From an uncultured Actinomycetes bacterium (GTDB lineage: Bacteria; Actinomycetota; Actinomycetes; Streptosporangiales; Streptosporangiaceae), in the NCBI GenBank assembly GCA_963704995.1, contig CAVPIM010000018.1:238484-302483 (forward strand): DNA of 64,000 bases. Reading direction: 5' to 3'. The translations under genes and the position numbers were made by a program. Below, one piece after another: positions 18,825 through 27,777 of the stretch (positions within the stretch are counted from its first letter, which is position 1; each line of letters begins with the position of its first letter). The notes beneath the pieces were generated by a model. That model saw only the letters and a program-made list of their open reading frames with translations, had not been told where the DNA came from and did no database searches.

Positions 18825-20237
18825 CTACGGGATATTCATGGGATTGCGGAAGAGCGGATCGTTCGCGAGAGTCCGGAATGCGGCCAGGGATTGCGGCGAG
18901 GTGTCTATCCACCACGGCCACTGGACAGTCGTGTTGAAGTAAATAAAGGCCTTGATATTTGGGTGTGTATGCAGCCAGCCTTGCGCTCCCTGCAACCATG
19001 CTGCCTTACGCCCTGGGTTAGTAGGATCCTCCAGGGTTCCTGCTTCGGTTATCATCGCGGGCAGGTGCTTCTCGAGGGAATAGAAGTAAAACGAGGTAAA
19101 AATGTCGGCAAAGGACCGCCAGCGGGCCTGGTGGTGAGCCCACCTCCAATTGTAGCCGTCCGCGCCCAGGAAATTAACGTACGAACGTCCAGGATAGTAC
19201 AGGTCCGCTACCCCTGCGTCGTACGTCGAGGCCGTCAGGATCAGGACCCAGAAGACATTAGTGGCCCCGATGGCGCGGAATCTGTCCACGACGTGCCGCC
19301 ACGCCGCCACGAACTGCGCGGGTTTGCCAGGCACATACGTGCCGTAGAGAGGTTCGTGGTCGAAGGACAGAAGAATAGGATGACCGTAGGCCTTGGCCGC
19401 GCGGGCCGTCGCGTTAATGATACTGTCCGCCTGTCCGGCCGCGATCTGACTCCAGTCGTCGGCCGGCTGCGACAGATCCCAGTCTACGAGCGGCACTCGC
19501 CCATTGGCGCGATCCCAGGCGAAGCGCGAATACGGAAGCGGCGTCCCGAAGTGCACGTAGATATGGTCGATCGCCACCTTCCTGCCGATCTCGGATTCCA
19601 GGTGCAGCAGCGCATCCTTGTCCGGGTCACCGGTGACGACCGGATCGGTGGCCCGAGGTTCGGCGCGCGCGCCAAGGAGCATGCCCGTCCCGGGTCGGTA
19701 GAAGATCCCGGTGACCCACACCCGGCCGCCGGACCGGGCGACGGCCGTGGCGCCCTGGGTTACACACCGGCACAGCACGTTGGCCCACGGCGTGCGACCG
19801 TGCATCAGGTCCTGATACGCGGCCTGCACCGTGTGGCCAGAGCCCACGTTCTCCTCGACGTTTCCCCACAGCATGCTCCAGTTCATGCAGTCAACGCAGC
19901 GGTCCTGGAAGACCCGCCCCTTGCGCGCCATGTCCTGGCTGTGCGCGAGGGCCAAGCGTGCCGCCGCCGAGGAGGAAGCAAGTGCCGGCTGGTGCTTTTC
20001 CGCCCTGGTCCGGTTGATGACGAGGAGCCCGGGGTCGGCCGGTGCGGCGGGGTGGCGCTGACTGGTTACCTCCCCGGACTGACCGGCCGCCGCGTTCTTC
20101 TTCAGCACGGCGTGGACCGCCGACGCGGCCGCCGTGACGAAGGCCAGATACACCGGCACGAGCATGAGCACGAGCAGTCGCGTCCGCCGCGAAGACGGCT
20201 TGCGCCGCTCCGCTGCTGACCCGCGCCACCCGCGCAC
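18825..20237 (-). CDS. membrane-anchored/secreted CAP (SCP/PR1-like) domain fused to a GH26-like hydrolase domain
   Basis: N-terminal TM (LLVLMLVPVYLAFVTAAASA). The CAP-like segment reads INRTRAEKHQPAL..SSAAARLALAHSQDMA...NVG.G..VQAAYQDLM......VWVTGIFYRP. The GH26-like blocks are ILLSFDHEP, YYPGRSYVNFLGADGYN and LPAMITEAGT. Confidence 0.65.
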   Translation of the reverse strand: MRGWRGSAAERRKPSSRRTRLLVLMLVPVYLAFVTAAASAVHAVLKKNAAAGQSGEVTSQRHPAAPADPGLLVINRTRAEKHQPALASSSAAARLALAHSQDMARKGRVFQDRCVDCMNWSMLWGNVEENVGSGHTVQAAYQDLMHGRTPWANVLCRCVTQGATAVARSGGRVWVTGIFYRPGTGMLLGARAEPRATDPVVTGDPDKDALLHLESEIGRKVAIDHIYVHFGTPLPYSRFAWDRANGRVPLVDWDLSQPADDWSQIAAGQADSIINATARAAKAYGHPILLSFDHEPLYGTYVPGKPAQFVAAWRHVVDRFRAIGATNVFWVLILTASTYDAGVADLYYPGRSYVNFLGADGYNWRWAHHQARWRSFADIFTSFYFYSLEKHLPAMITEAGTLEDPTNPGRKAAWLQGAQGWLHTHPNIKAFIYFNTTVQWPWWIDTSPQSLAAFRTLANDPLFRNPMNIP

Positions 20238-20308
20238 AGCACCTCCATGAAAGCCTCAAAGACCGCTTACGGGCGCATCATGCTAGCCCGCTGGGACAGG
20301 GCCTGTAG

Positions 20309-20755
20309 TCAGGCCGCGTATTTCTGAACTAGGTCACCGACGCGCGGGAGCGCGGCCTGAATGTGCTTGGCGGCACCGCCGCGGACCGTCCCGTAGGCCC
20401 TGGTCACCGTGGGCCGGTCAGAGGACGCCGCCTTGGCGTCGGTCACTGACAGCAGGGCGCCGGCCACCTCATCGCCGTTCTTGGCCAGGTAGTCGCCGAA
20501 CTCGCTGCCACCAGCGATGTTGAAGTCCGCCCAGTAGGGTTCGAGCTGGCTGACGAAGTCGGGCAGCAGCTTCCCGGCCATGTGGTAAGCGTGACCGGGC
20601 ATGAACGTGTTCACCGCCTTGAAGGCCAGCTTGACCGCGGCCCCGGACACGCCCGACATCTCCGAGATCTGCTGGTCGATCAGCTTGTAGCAGTCGTCGA
20701 CCACCTGCGGCTTGATCTCCGGCGCGAGCAGGATCTCAGTAAGCGTGGCTGCCAT
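20309..20755 (-). CDS. conserved hypothetical protein (no function assignable)
   Basis: 148 aa from ATG 20755 (MAATLTEILLAPEIK...). It is soluble, has coding-like composition and has no recognisable motif. The upstream 31 codons of track ORF 20309-20848 are Arg-rich and probably untranslated. Confidence 0.5.
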   Translation of the reverse strand: MAATLTEILLAPEIKPQVVDDCYKLIDQQISEMSGVSGAAVKLAFKAVNTFMPGHAYHMAGKLLPDFVSQLEPYWADFNIAGGSEFGDYLAKNGDEVAGALLSVTDAKAASSDRPTVTRAYGTVRGGAAKHIQAALPRVGDLVQKYAA

Positions 20756-21179
20756 GGGTGTGTTCCTCTCAGTTGCTGGGCGCTGCCCCTTGGATTCCGC
20801 ACGCATACTGCGATGCGCCGTTCGTCCGGTAGACGGTGAACGCCCCATTATGGTTTACCGGCCCGCCCGGCCGTGGCAGGGTTGGCAGACGCGCGAAGAT
20901 CGTCTTAGCGGTGCCGATAGCGGGCAGGCGCCCGGCTGAACATGACCGGCCGGGGAGGGCCGGCGGGGCTGGGCAGCGAGAGCAGCCGCACCCGGTCGCA
21001 CCGCAGCGGGGCAGATCAGCACGTGTGCGAACGCAGAACTAGCGGGCCCCGCAGAGCGTTCCCTGCCAGGATATTCCTTACCTAATTATGACGTAGCTGG
21101 ACAACCCTGGGGCCGGGCCGGGCGTCTCTTCTATACGCCCGGAGTGATCGGCGGGGTAGCGGAAGAAGGACGGTGATCG

Positions 21180-22640
21180 GTGTCATCTGGCAGCACAGCG
21201 GTTACGGGTGCCCACCGCACCTCGGCCCGGCAGGCCACCGCCACCCCGGCCTCGTGGACCAGCGCCTACCTGCGCCGGACGCTGCTCGCGGACTGCCTGT
21301 GCGTGCTCGCTGCGGGTGCCCTCGCCTACGAGGTGCGGTTCGATGCTAAGAGCTACCGGCCGGGCGTGTATCTCGCGTTCACCATCCTGCTCCCGCTGTT
21401 CTGGATCGGCGCGCTGGCCCTGGTGGGCGGGTATGACCCTCGGCTCATCGGGGTCGGCTCGGATGAGTTCCGGCGGGTGATCAATGCGGCGGTGATGCTG
21501 ACCGCCACGATCGCGATCGCCTCTTATGCGGTGAAGTTCGACACCGCCCGCGGCTATATGGTCATCGCGCTGCCCTGCGCAACCGTCTTCGACCTCGTCG
21601 TGCGGTACCGGCTGCGCCGGCGGTTGCACCGCCAGCGCAGCCGCGGCGCATGCATGCGCCGCGTAGTGGCGGTGGGGGACGCCCCGGCGGTCGCCGAGCT
21701 AGTCGCCGAGCTTCGCCGCGGCACCTACCATGGCCTCTCGGTGGTGGGCGCGTGCCTGGCGGGCGGGACCATGTTGCACGAGATCGCAGGCGTTCCGGTT
21801 TACGGGGGCCTGGGCAGCGTGCCCTCAGCGGTCGGCGACCTCGGCGCCGACACGGTGGCCGTGCTGGCTTGCCAGGAGATGAACGGAGTGCGGCTCCGCC
21901 GCCTCGCCTGGGACCTGGAGAAGGTCGGGACCGAGATGTGCGTCGCGCCAGCCCTGCTCGACGTGGCCGGCCCGCGCACTACGATCCGCCCGGTCGCGGG
22001 GCTGACTCTGCTGCATGTGGACCACCCGCAGCTGGATGGCGGCAAGCAGCTGCTCAAGCTGGCCTTCGACAAGACCGTGGCGCTGACCGCGATCATTCTG
22101 CTCGCGCCGCTGTTCGCGCTCGTCATGCTGGCCATCAAGCTGGATGACCACGGGCCGGTGTTCTTCAGGCAGACCAGGGTGGGTAAAGGCGGCCACACGT
22201 TCTCGGTATGGAAGTTCCGCACGATGGTGGCGGACGCCGAGCAGCGCAAGGCGGAGCTGGCGGCCCACAACGAGGCGGCTGGAGCGCTGTTCAAGATGCG
22301 CAAGGATCCCCGGGTGACCAAGACGGGTACCTTGCTGCGCCGTTACTCCGTGGACGAGCTGCCCCAGCTGTTCAATGTGCTGTTCGGCGACATGTCCCTG
22401 GTTGGGCCGCGGCCCGCGCTACCGGACGAGGCGGCCAAGTACGGCGGCCACATGCGACGCCGGCTGGTGGTCAAGCCGGGGATCACTGGGCTGTGGCAGG
22501 TGAATGGCCGCTCTGACCTGGCTTGGGAAGAAGCAGTCAGGCTCGACGTCCGGTACGTGGAGAACTGGTCGCTCGCCCTCGACTTGCAGATCCTGTGGAA
22601 GACCTGGTCTGCAGTCGTCGGGGGCCACGGCGCCTACTAG
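21180..22640 (+). CDS. second polyprenyl-phosphate glycosyl-1-phosphate transferase (WbaP/CpsE-type), paralog of 3209-4699
   Basis: It is alignable by eye along the full length to 3209-4699, with the same TM layout. Shared blocks include GACMRRV.AVG, VAPALLDVAGPRTTIRPVAGL.LLHVDHP, F.FRQ.RVGK.G.TF...KFRTMV.DAEQRKA.L, DELPQLFNVL.GDMSLVGPRP and YVENWSL.LD.QILWK. Confidence 0.85.
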   Translation: MSSGSTAVTGAHRTSARQATATPASWTSAYLRRTLLADCLCVLAAGALAYEVRFDAKSYRPGVYLAFTILLPLFWIGALALVGGYDPRLIGVGSDEFRRVINAAVMLTATIAIASYAVKFDTARGYMVIALPCATVFDLVVRYRLRRRLHRQRSRGACMRRVVAVGDAPAVAELVAELRRGTYHGLSVVGACLAGGTMLHEIAGVPVYGGLGSVPSAVGDLGADTVAVLACQEMNGVRLRRLAWDLEKVGTEMCVAPALLDVAGPRTTIRPVAGLTLLHVDHPQLDGGKQLLKLAFDKTVALTAIILLAPLFALVMLAIKLDDHGPVFFRQTRVGKGGHTFSVWKFRTMVADAEQRKAELAAHNEAAGALFKMRKDPRVTKTGTLLRRYSVDELPQLFNVLFGDMSLVGPRPALPDEAAKYGGHMRRRLVVKPGITGLWQVNGRSDLAWEEAVRLDVRYVENWSLALDLQILWKTWSAVVGGHGAY

Positions 22641-22820
22641 GTCGTTGACCGGGAAGTGCGCGCAGCTCACACGTGGCCGTAGGCGATCAGGGACCGTTGC
22701 ACCGGTGCGCCGGTGCGCCAGTTGTGCCAGCTGCAGGCCGGGTGGCGGGCCACTCGGCGCGTGCCGCCTCGCGTCTTCCCCGCCAGCCACGAGTACAACT
22801 CCCCGAGGGTTCTGCCCGTT

Positions 22821-22854
22821 GCCTAGGGGGCCCTCGTACGAGGGCCCCCTAGGC
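22821..22854. terminator. perfect 15-bp-stem hairpin between convergent genes (bidirectional terminator candidate)
   Basis: The sequence gcctagggggccctc-gtac-gagggccccctaggc is a perfect palindrome. It lies between the 3' ends of 21180-22640 (+) and 22924-23538 (-). There is no U-tract, as is common in high-GC actinomycetes. Confidence 0.5.
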
Positions 22855-22923
22855 AACACTCCTGGATGCGCTGGCGGACGGCGTCAGCGCAGAGGAGAGA
22901 TCCTGCGCGCGCCGGGACGTCTC

Positions 22924-23538
22924 CTACTGGCTGAGCATGGACTGGAGCGTGCCGGGAATCGTGGAGTTATCGGCCACCATGCAGTTATGGTTGCTGCCGC
23001 CTACCGCCTGGGCCGCTGCCATACTGCTGGCCGCCGCCATTGTCTGCAGGCAGCTGATGTCGGCCGGGAAGTTGGCCGCGGTCATCGCGTTGATGCGGGT
23101 CCGCACGCTGGCTGGCCAGCGGATGCCCCGGAATTCGGCTACCTCGGCGCGTAGTTCGCTGGCATAGGCCAGGGCGTCGGCGCGGAACTCGCTGAAGGGC
23201 GCCGAACCGGTGGAGGCGCTCGCGAGCTTGTTGGACAGCGCGTTCCCCCGGCCCACGATTCGCACGTAGGCCAGTTGCGCCTGCTTCATCGTCAGTCGCC
23301 CGGTAGGCAGGGGACCGCCGGTGGGCGCTGCCGACGGGGAACTCGCCGTCCCGTGGGCCGACGGGGAACTCGCCGCCCCCCGGGCCGAGGGGGAACTCGC
23401 CGCCACCGATGCCCCGGACGCAGCGGACGCCGAGGACGCCGCCGGTGCACTAAGCGGCCCGGCGCCACATGCGGCGACGAGCACGGCCGCTGCTGCCGCC
23501 GCGGCCACGGCGGCGGTGTTCCTGGTGCTGCTGATCAT
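22924..23538 (-). CDS. putative lipoprotein with Ala/Ser-rich linker
   Basis: The signal peptide ends in a lipobox (AAVLVAAC-G). It is followed by the reiterated ASSPSA(R/H)G(A/T) linker and a roughly 130-aa globular C-terminal part with two Cys. It lies 14 nt downstream of 23553-24704 on the same strand. Confidence 0.55.
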   Translation of the reverse strand: MISSTRNTAAVAAAAAAAVLVAACGAGPLSAPAASSASAASGASVAASSPSARGAASSPSAHGTASSPSAAPTGGPLPTGRLTMKQAQLAYVRIVGRGNALSNKLASASTGSAPFSEFRADALAYASELRAEVAEFRGIRWPASVRTRINAMTAANFPADISCLQTMAAASSMAAAQAVGGSNHNCMVADNSTIPGTLQSMLSQ

Positions 23539-23552
23539 GCCTGCCCTGCCCG

Positions 23553-24704
23553 TCAGCCGAAGGAAATAGAGACGTCGTCCAGTTCGCCCTGGTACCAGTC
23601 GTAGCCAGTGGCGGAGCCAGGGTTGCCGTGGGCCCCCACGTTCACGTCAGAGGGCGGCGAGACGGACCCGATGACCGCGGACGTGCTGTGCACCAGCACG
23701 CCGTCGATCCACAGCTGGATGGCGGAAGCGGTCTTGATGCACTGCACATAGTGCCACTGCCCGTTGTTCAGGCTGGCCCCGCCAGTGGCGTTGTTACTGC
23801 TGGACGAGCCGTGGTAAGTACACGCGATCTGGTTCGACTTCAGCAGCTCGACCTTGTACTCCTGGGCGGGGTAGTCCCCCATGCGCACCAGGTCATAGTC
23901 ACCCGAGCTAGGCAGGTTCGTGGTGTTGAGCCAGAACGAGATGTCGATGTTGGCCGAGCCCGCGACCAGCGTGGACGAGTAAGGCACGTCAGCGTCGGAC
24001 TGCCCGCTGAAGCTGTAGGCGGTGCCATGGCCGGCAGGCCCGGGCACACCGACCTGGACAGGGCCGTTCAGCGTGCCGTTGTTGTGGTGGCCAGAGGAGT
24101 CGATCATGGTCGTCCCGGATGTCTCGTCCATGTTCCACTGCCCGGCGAGCGCAGGCGAGGACGACGCCCCGGTGAGCGACAGGCTGTCCGCCTCGAAGCT
24201 GTTGCCGGCCACCGCGCCAGTCTGGCGGATCTGGAAGCCCACCGTGTCGCCGGCGTTCTTGTCAGTCAGGGTCGCCGGGCCGATGGCCTGCCAGCTCCCA
24301 TTGGCCGTCACGCACTGCTTGACCGTCTGCGCCAGCGAGCCGCCCGGTGTGTACTCCTGCAAGAGCAGGCACAGGCTCTTTCCTGAGACGCCCAGCACTT
24401 CGCCGGTGCCCTGCAACTGGCTGCCCTGCGCCACGTTCGTGGCCGGCTTGGGGGCTGCGTAGATCGAGTAAGACGTGCCCGTGGACAACGTCACCTTGGC
24501 GGCAGAGCCACTGCCGCCAAAGCCGGGGCTGACCACGCTCAGCTTGGCGTTGGTGCCTTTCCACCCGGAGGTGGTTCCGCCGTCGAAAGTACCGTTGGGA
24601 AGCAGATTCGTGGCCGCAGCCACGGCCACGGCCGGGGTGAGAGCCATGGCTGTCCCCACCGAAAGCACAGCCGCGCCTGCCGCGCAGCGCATCAACCACG
24701 ACAC
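23553..24704 (-). CDS. secreted protein: carbohydrate-binding-module-like N-domain plus LamG lectin-fold C-domain
   Basis: Signal peptide present. The N-domain (NLLPNGTFDGGTTSGWKGTNAKL...) resembles the CBM_4_9 family. The C-domain QWNMDETSGTTMIDSSGHHNNGTL...YDLVRMG..YKVELL..WHYVQCI..WYQGELDDVSI is paralogous to 448-1125. Confidence 0.7.
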   Translation of the reverse strand: MSWLMRCAAGAAVLSVGTAMALTPAVAVAAATNLLPNGTFDGGTTSGWKGTNAKLSVVSPGFGGSGSAAKVTLSTGTSYSIYAAPKPATNVAQGSQLQGTGEVLGVSGKSLCLLLQEYTPGGSLAQTVKQCVTANGSWQAIGPATLTDKNAGDTVGFQIRQTGAVAGNSFEADSLSLTGASSSPALAGQWNMDETSGTTMIDSSGHHNNGTLNGPVQVGVPGPAGHGTAYSFSGQSDADVPYSSTLVAGSANIDISFWLNTTNLPSSGDYDLVRMGDYPAQEYKVELLKSNQIACTYHGSSSSNNATGGASLNNGQWHYVQCIKTASAIQLWIDGVLVHSTSAVIGSVSPPSDVNVGAHGNPGSATGYDWYQGELDDVSISFG

Positions 24705-25042
24705 GTAAACCCCTGTTCTCGCCGCCGGCCCTCATCGGCCGGCGCGCCGTAACTCGAGCTGAGTAGAACCCCCGCCTTGGTCATCCCAGCCATGACGTGC
24801 GCTAGAGATCCCAAATCCGCGGAATATCCGCTAGTGACCAGACGTCCCACGCCTGTATTAGGTTCACGCGTTTTCGCCTGGGCTCGCGGGCGTGGTGCGG
24901 CCCCCGAAGCGGGGAGCGGATCTGCGGCCGGCGCTTGCCCGCCCGCCTGCAGCAGGGCGAGTGGCCCGGGACGGCTGGGTCCCGGCCGGGGAAGTCATAA
25001 CCGGCAAGCCAGGAGCGTGTCCTGAGCTAGCTAGGTCTGCTA

Positions 25043-25064
25043 TCTTCTACAAACTTGTAGAAGA
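25043..25064. promoter_or_regulatory. 22-bp perfect palindrome (candidate operator) 33 nt upstream of the PAP2 gene
   Basis: The sequence is tcttctacaa-ac-ttgtagaaga. It sits in the only AT-rich patch of the divergent intergenic region 24705-25096. Confidence 0.4.
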
Positions 25065-25096
25065 TGAATGGCGACCTAACGGAAGGTTAACTATTC

Positions 25097-25849
25097 ATGT
25101 CTCGTTCGCCAGCGCCCGGTTACGCCCAGCGCCCTGCCGCGGCCGGCCGCGGAAAGCAGGCGCCAGCCCCGGGCGGGACACGGGAACCCCGGTACGGGCT
25201 GGCCAGGCTGCTCGTCGGTGTCGCGCTCAGCGTCCTGGTCCTGCTGCTCGGCCTACTGGCGAAGACAGGCCCGGTTTCCCGCCTTGACCTGCGCGTCGAC
25301 CGGCACATCGCCATGCAAGACCGCACCAGCATGCTGACCACGCTGGCTAGGGCCGTCAGCACAATCGCCACACCGGAGATCGTGGGTGTCGGCCTGATGA
25401 TCGTGATGCCGCTCGTCCTGGTGCTGGCCAGCCGCCGGCTCGATGCCCTGAAGGTGTTCTGCATGTTCGGCGGGGCACTGGTCCTGGCCGAGATCGGGAA
25501 GAAGGTCATCAACGAGCACCGGCCGCCGACGTCGCTGTGGGCCATGACCGCCGACAGCGGATCCTCCTACCCCAGCGGGCACACCACCACCGCGGCCGTG
25601 TTCGCGGTCGCGCTCGTCGTTATTGCCGCCACCCTGGCCGGCCGGAGTGCCGCCCTGGTGCTGGGCGGCATGTACGTGGTCGCCGTCGCCGTCAGCCGTG
25701 TCTACCTGGCCGACCACTACCCACCTGACGTGATCGGCGGCCTGCTGTGCGCCCTGGCCGCGGCGTTCATCGTCACCGGCCTCGCTGCCCTGCCCGCCGT
25801 GCAACCGTACCTGCAGCGACTCGGCACGGGCAGCGGCCGCCACCGGTAG
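25097..25849 (+). CDS. PAP2-family (type 2 phosphatidic acid / undecaprenyl-diphosphate) phosphatase
   Basis: All three acid-phosphatase motifs are present: KKVINEHRPP (KxxxxxxRP), YPSGHT (PSGH) and SRVYLADHYPPD (SRxxxxxHxxxD). There are several TM segments. Confidence 0.85.
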   Translation: MSRSPAPGYAQRPAAAGRGKQAPAPGGTREPRYGLARLLVGVALSVLVLLLGLLAKTGPVSRLDLRVDRHIAMQDRTSMLTTLARAVSTIATPEIVGVGLMIVMPLVLVLASRRLDALKVFCMFGGALVLAEIGKKVINEHRPPTSLWAMTADSGSSYPSGHTTTAAVFAVALVVIAATLAGRSAALVLGGMYVVAVAVSRVYLADHYPPDVIGGLLCALAAAFIVTGLAALPAVQPYLQRLGTGSGRHR

Positions 25850-26036
25850 ATCACGCAGAGCGCGGCCCGCGCATCGTAGGCCGGACTTTCGCCGGCCGCC
25901 TGGCCACAGGGCGATAGCCCGGCTGCACCGGCAACTGCCAGCCCGGCCAGGCGGACTTCCGGTCCTCAAGCCGACAGGACATACCGTGATGCCCTAGCCT
26001 TTACGAGCCGGCGACCTCGTCGGCGAGGGGAGCTGC

Positions 26037-26798
26037 ATGATGACCACCGACGACAGCCGCCTGGCTCGTGACCTGGCGGCCGCCGCGGGCCAGCGCCTAC
26101 TCGGCCTGCGGGCCGAGGGGGGCGATCCGGCGGAGCTACGCTCGGCGGGGGACCGGAGTTCACACGAGTTCCTCACCGCGGAACTGGGCCGGCTTCGCCC
26201 GGCCGACGCGGTGCTGTCTGAGGAAGGCAAGGACGACCACGCGCGGCTGGCCGCCGACCGGGTATGGATCATCGACCCGCTGGATGGCACCAGGGAATTC
26301 GGCGAGGCTGGCCGGGACGACTGGGCGGTGCACGTCGCGCTGTGGGAGCGGGGTGAACTGGCCGCGGGCGCCGTCGCGCTGCCCGCCCAGGACGCCGTGC
26401 TGAGCACGGCGCAGCCGCAGCCCAGGCCGCCTGCCCCGCCGGCGGGGCCGCTGCGCGTGCTGGTCAGCCGGACCAGGCCCCCCGCGCTGCTGGCCCGGCT
26501 GGCTGAGCAGGTCGAGCTCACGCTGATCCCGATGGGCTCGGCCGGGGCGAAGGCGGCCGAGGTGATCCGCGGGACCGCCGATGCCTACGTGCACAGCGGC
26601 GGCCAGTACGAGTGGGATTCGGCGGCCCCGGTCGCGGTGGCCCAGGCGGCGGGGCTGCACGCGTCGCGGCTGGACGGGTCAAAGCTGGCCTACAACCAGG
26701 CGGATCCTTCCCTGCCCGATATCCTTATCTGCTCAGCGGGGCTTGCCCCCGTGCTGCTGGATGGTCTGCGCGTGGCTGGTTGTTCAGCTACGCAGTAA
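26037..26798 (+). CDS. cysQ: 3'(2'),5'-bisphosphate nucleotidase (PAP phosphatase)
   Basis: Inositol-monophosphatase-fold motifs are present: DRSSHEFL, LSEE, WIIDPLDGTREF, WAVHVAL and WDSAAPVAV. It lies directly upstream of cysDN. Confidence 0.8.
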   Translation: MMTTDDSRLARDLAAAAGQRLLGLRAEGGDPAELRSAGDRSSHEFLTAELGRLRPADAVLSEEGKDDHARLAADRVWIIDPLDGTREFGEAGRDDWAVHVALWERGELAAGAVALPAQDAVLSTAQPQPRPPAPPAGPLRVLVSRTRPPALLARLAEQVELTLIPMGSAGAKAAEVIRGTADAYVHSGGQYEWDSAAPVAVAQAAGLHASRLDGSKLAYNQADPSLPDILICSAGLAPVLLDGLRVAGCSATQ

Positions 26799-26856
26799 CG
26801 CTCTCCCCGGGGAGAGTGACCTATCCCGTCCATGCCCGACGACCGGAGTCTGCTTG

Positions 26857-27777
26857 ATGGCCGTGCCACGTTCTGACTATTCGCTCTCGCAACTAGAAGT
26901 GCTCGAGGCGGAGTCCATCCACATCATGCGTGAGGTAGCCGCCGAATTCGAGCGGCCGGTCCTGCTGTTCTCGGGCGGTAAGGATTCCATCGTCATGCTG
27001 GCCCTCGCCGAGCGGGCGTTCTGGCCGGCCAGGGTCCCGTTCCCGGTCATGCACGTGGACACGGGGCACAATTTCCCCGAGGTGATCGATTACCGGGACC
27101 GCCGGGTCGCCGACGCCGGGGTACAGCTGGTCGTGGCGTCCGTCCAGGACTCCATCGACGCCGGCCGGGTGGCTGAGGAGACCGGCCGCCGGGCCAGCCG
27201 GAACCGGCTGCAGACGACCACGCTGCTGGATGCCATCGAGGAAAACCGCTTCGACGCGGTGTTCGGCGGCGGCCGCCGGGACGAGGAAAAGGCCCGGGCC
27301 AAGGAGCGGGTGTTCTCGTTCCGGGACGAGTTCGGCCAGTGGGATCCGAAGAACCAGCGTCCGGAGCTGTGGAGCATCTACAACACGCGGATCCGGATGG
27401 GCGAGCATATCCGGGTGTTTCCCCTGTCCAACTGGACCGAGCTGGATGTCTGGCAGTACATCGCCCGGGAGAAGCTGGAGATCCCGTCCATCTACTACGC
27501 CCACCAGCGGCGGGTGTTCGAGCGGGACGGCATCCTGCTCGCCGAGAACGAATTCACCCCCCGGGGCGACGACGAGCCGGTCTTCGAGACCACCGTGCGC
27601 TACCGCACGGTGGGCGACATGACCTGCACCGGCGCGGTGGAATCGACCGCGACGACCGTGGCCGACGTGATCGCCGAGGTGGCGGCCACCCGGGTCACCG
27701 AGCGCGGCCAGACACGCGCGGACGACAGGGCCAGCGAGGCAGCTATGGAAGACCGCAAGCGGGAGGGTTACTTTTAA
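26857..27777 (+). CDS. cysD: sulfate adenylyltransferase subunit 2
   Basis: PAPS-reductase-fold PP-loop FSGGKDS, then HVDTGHNFPE, RRDEEKARAKERVFSFRD..GQWDPKNQRPELW, PLSNWTELDVWQYI and the C-terminal MEDRKREGYF. ATG 26857; the track ORF starts further upstream at 26581. Confidence 0.95.
   Translation: MAVPRSDYSLSQLEVLEAESIHIMREVAAEFERPVLLFSGGKDSIVMLALAERAFWPARVPFPVMHVDTGHNFPEVIDYRDRRVADAGVQLVVASVQDSIDAGRVAEETGRRASRNRLQTTTLLDAIEENRFDAVFGGGRRDEEKARAKERVFSFRDEFGQWDPKNQRPELWSIYNTRIRMGEHIRVFPLSNWTELDVWQYIAREKLEIPSIYYAHQRRVFERDGILLAENEFTPRGDDEPVFETTVRYRTVGDMTCTGAVESTATTVADVIAEVAATRVTERGQTRADDRASEAAMEDRKREGYF

Noticed and set aside
18186-20219. 677-aa plus-strand ORF, one of the longest in the track
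   Set aside because: It is antisense to two minus-strand genes with clear CAP and GH26 motifs. Its translation is Arg/Gly/Pro/Val-rich with no motif, the typical shadow ORF of GC-rich DNA.
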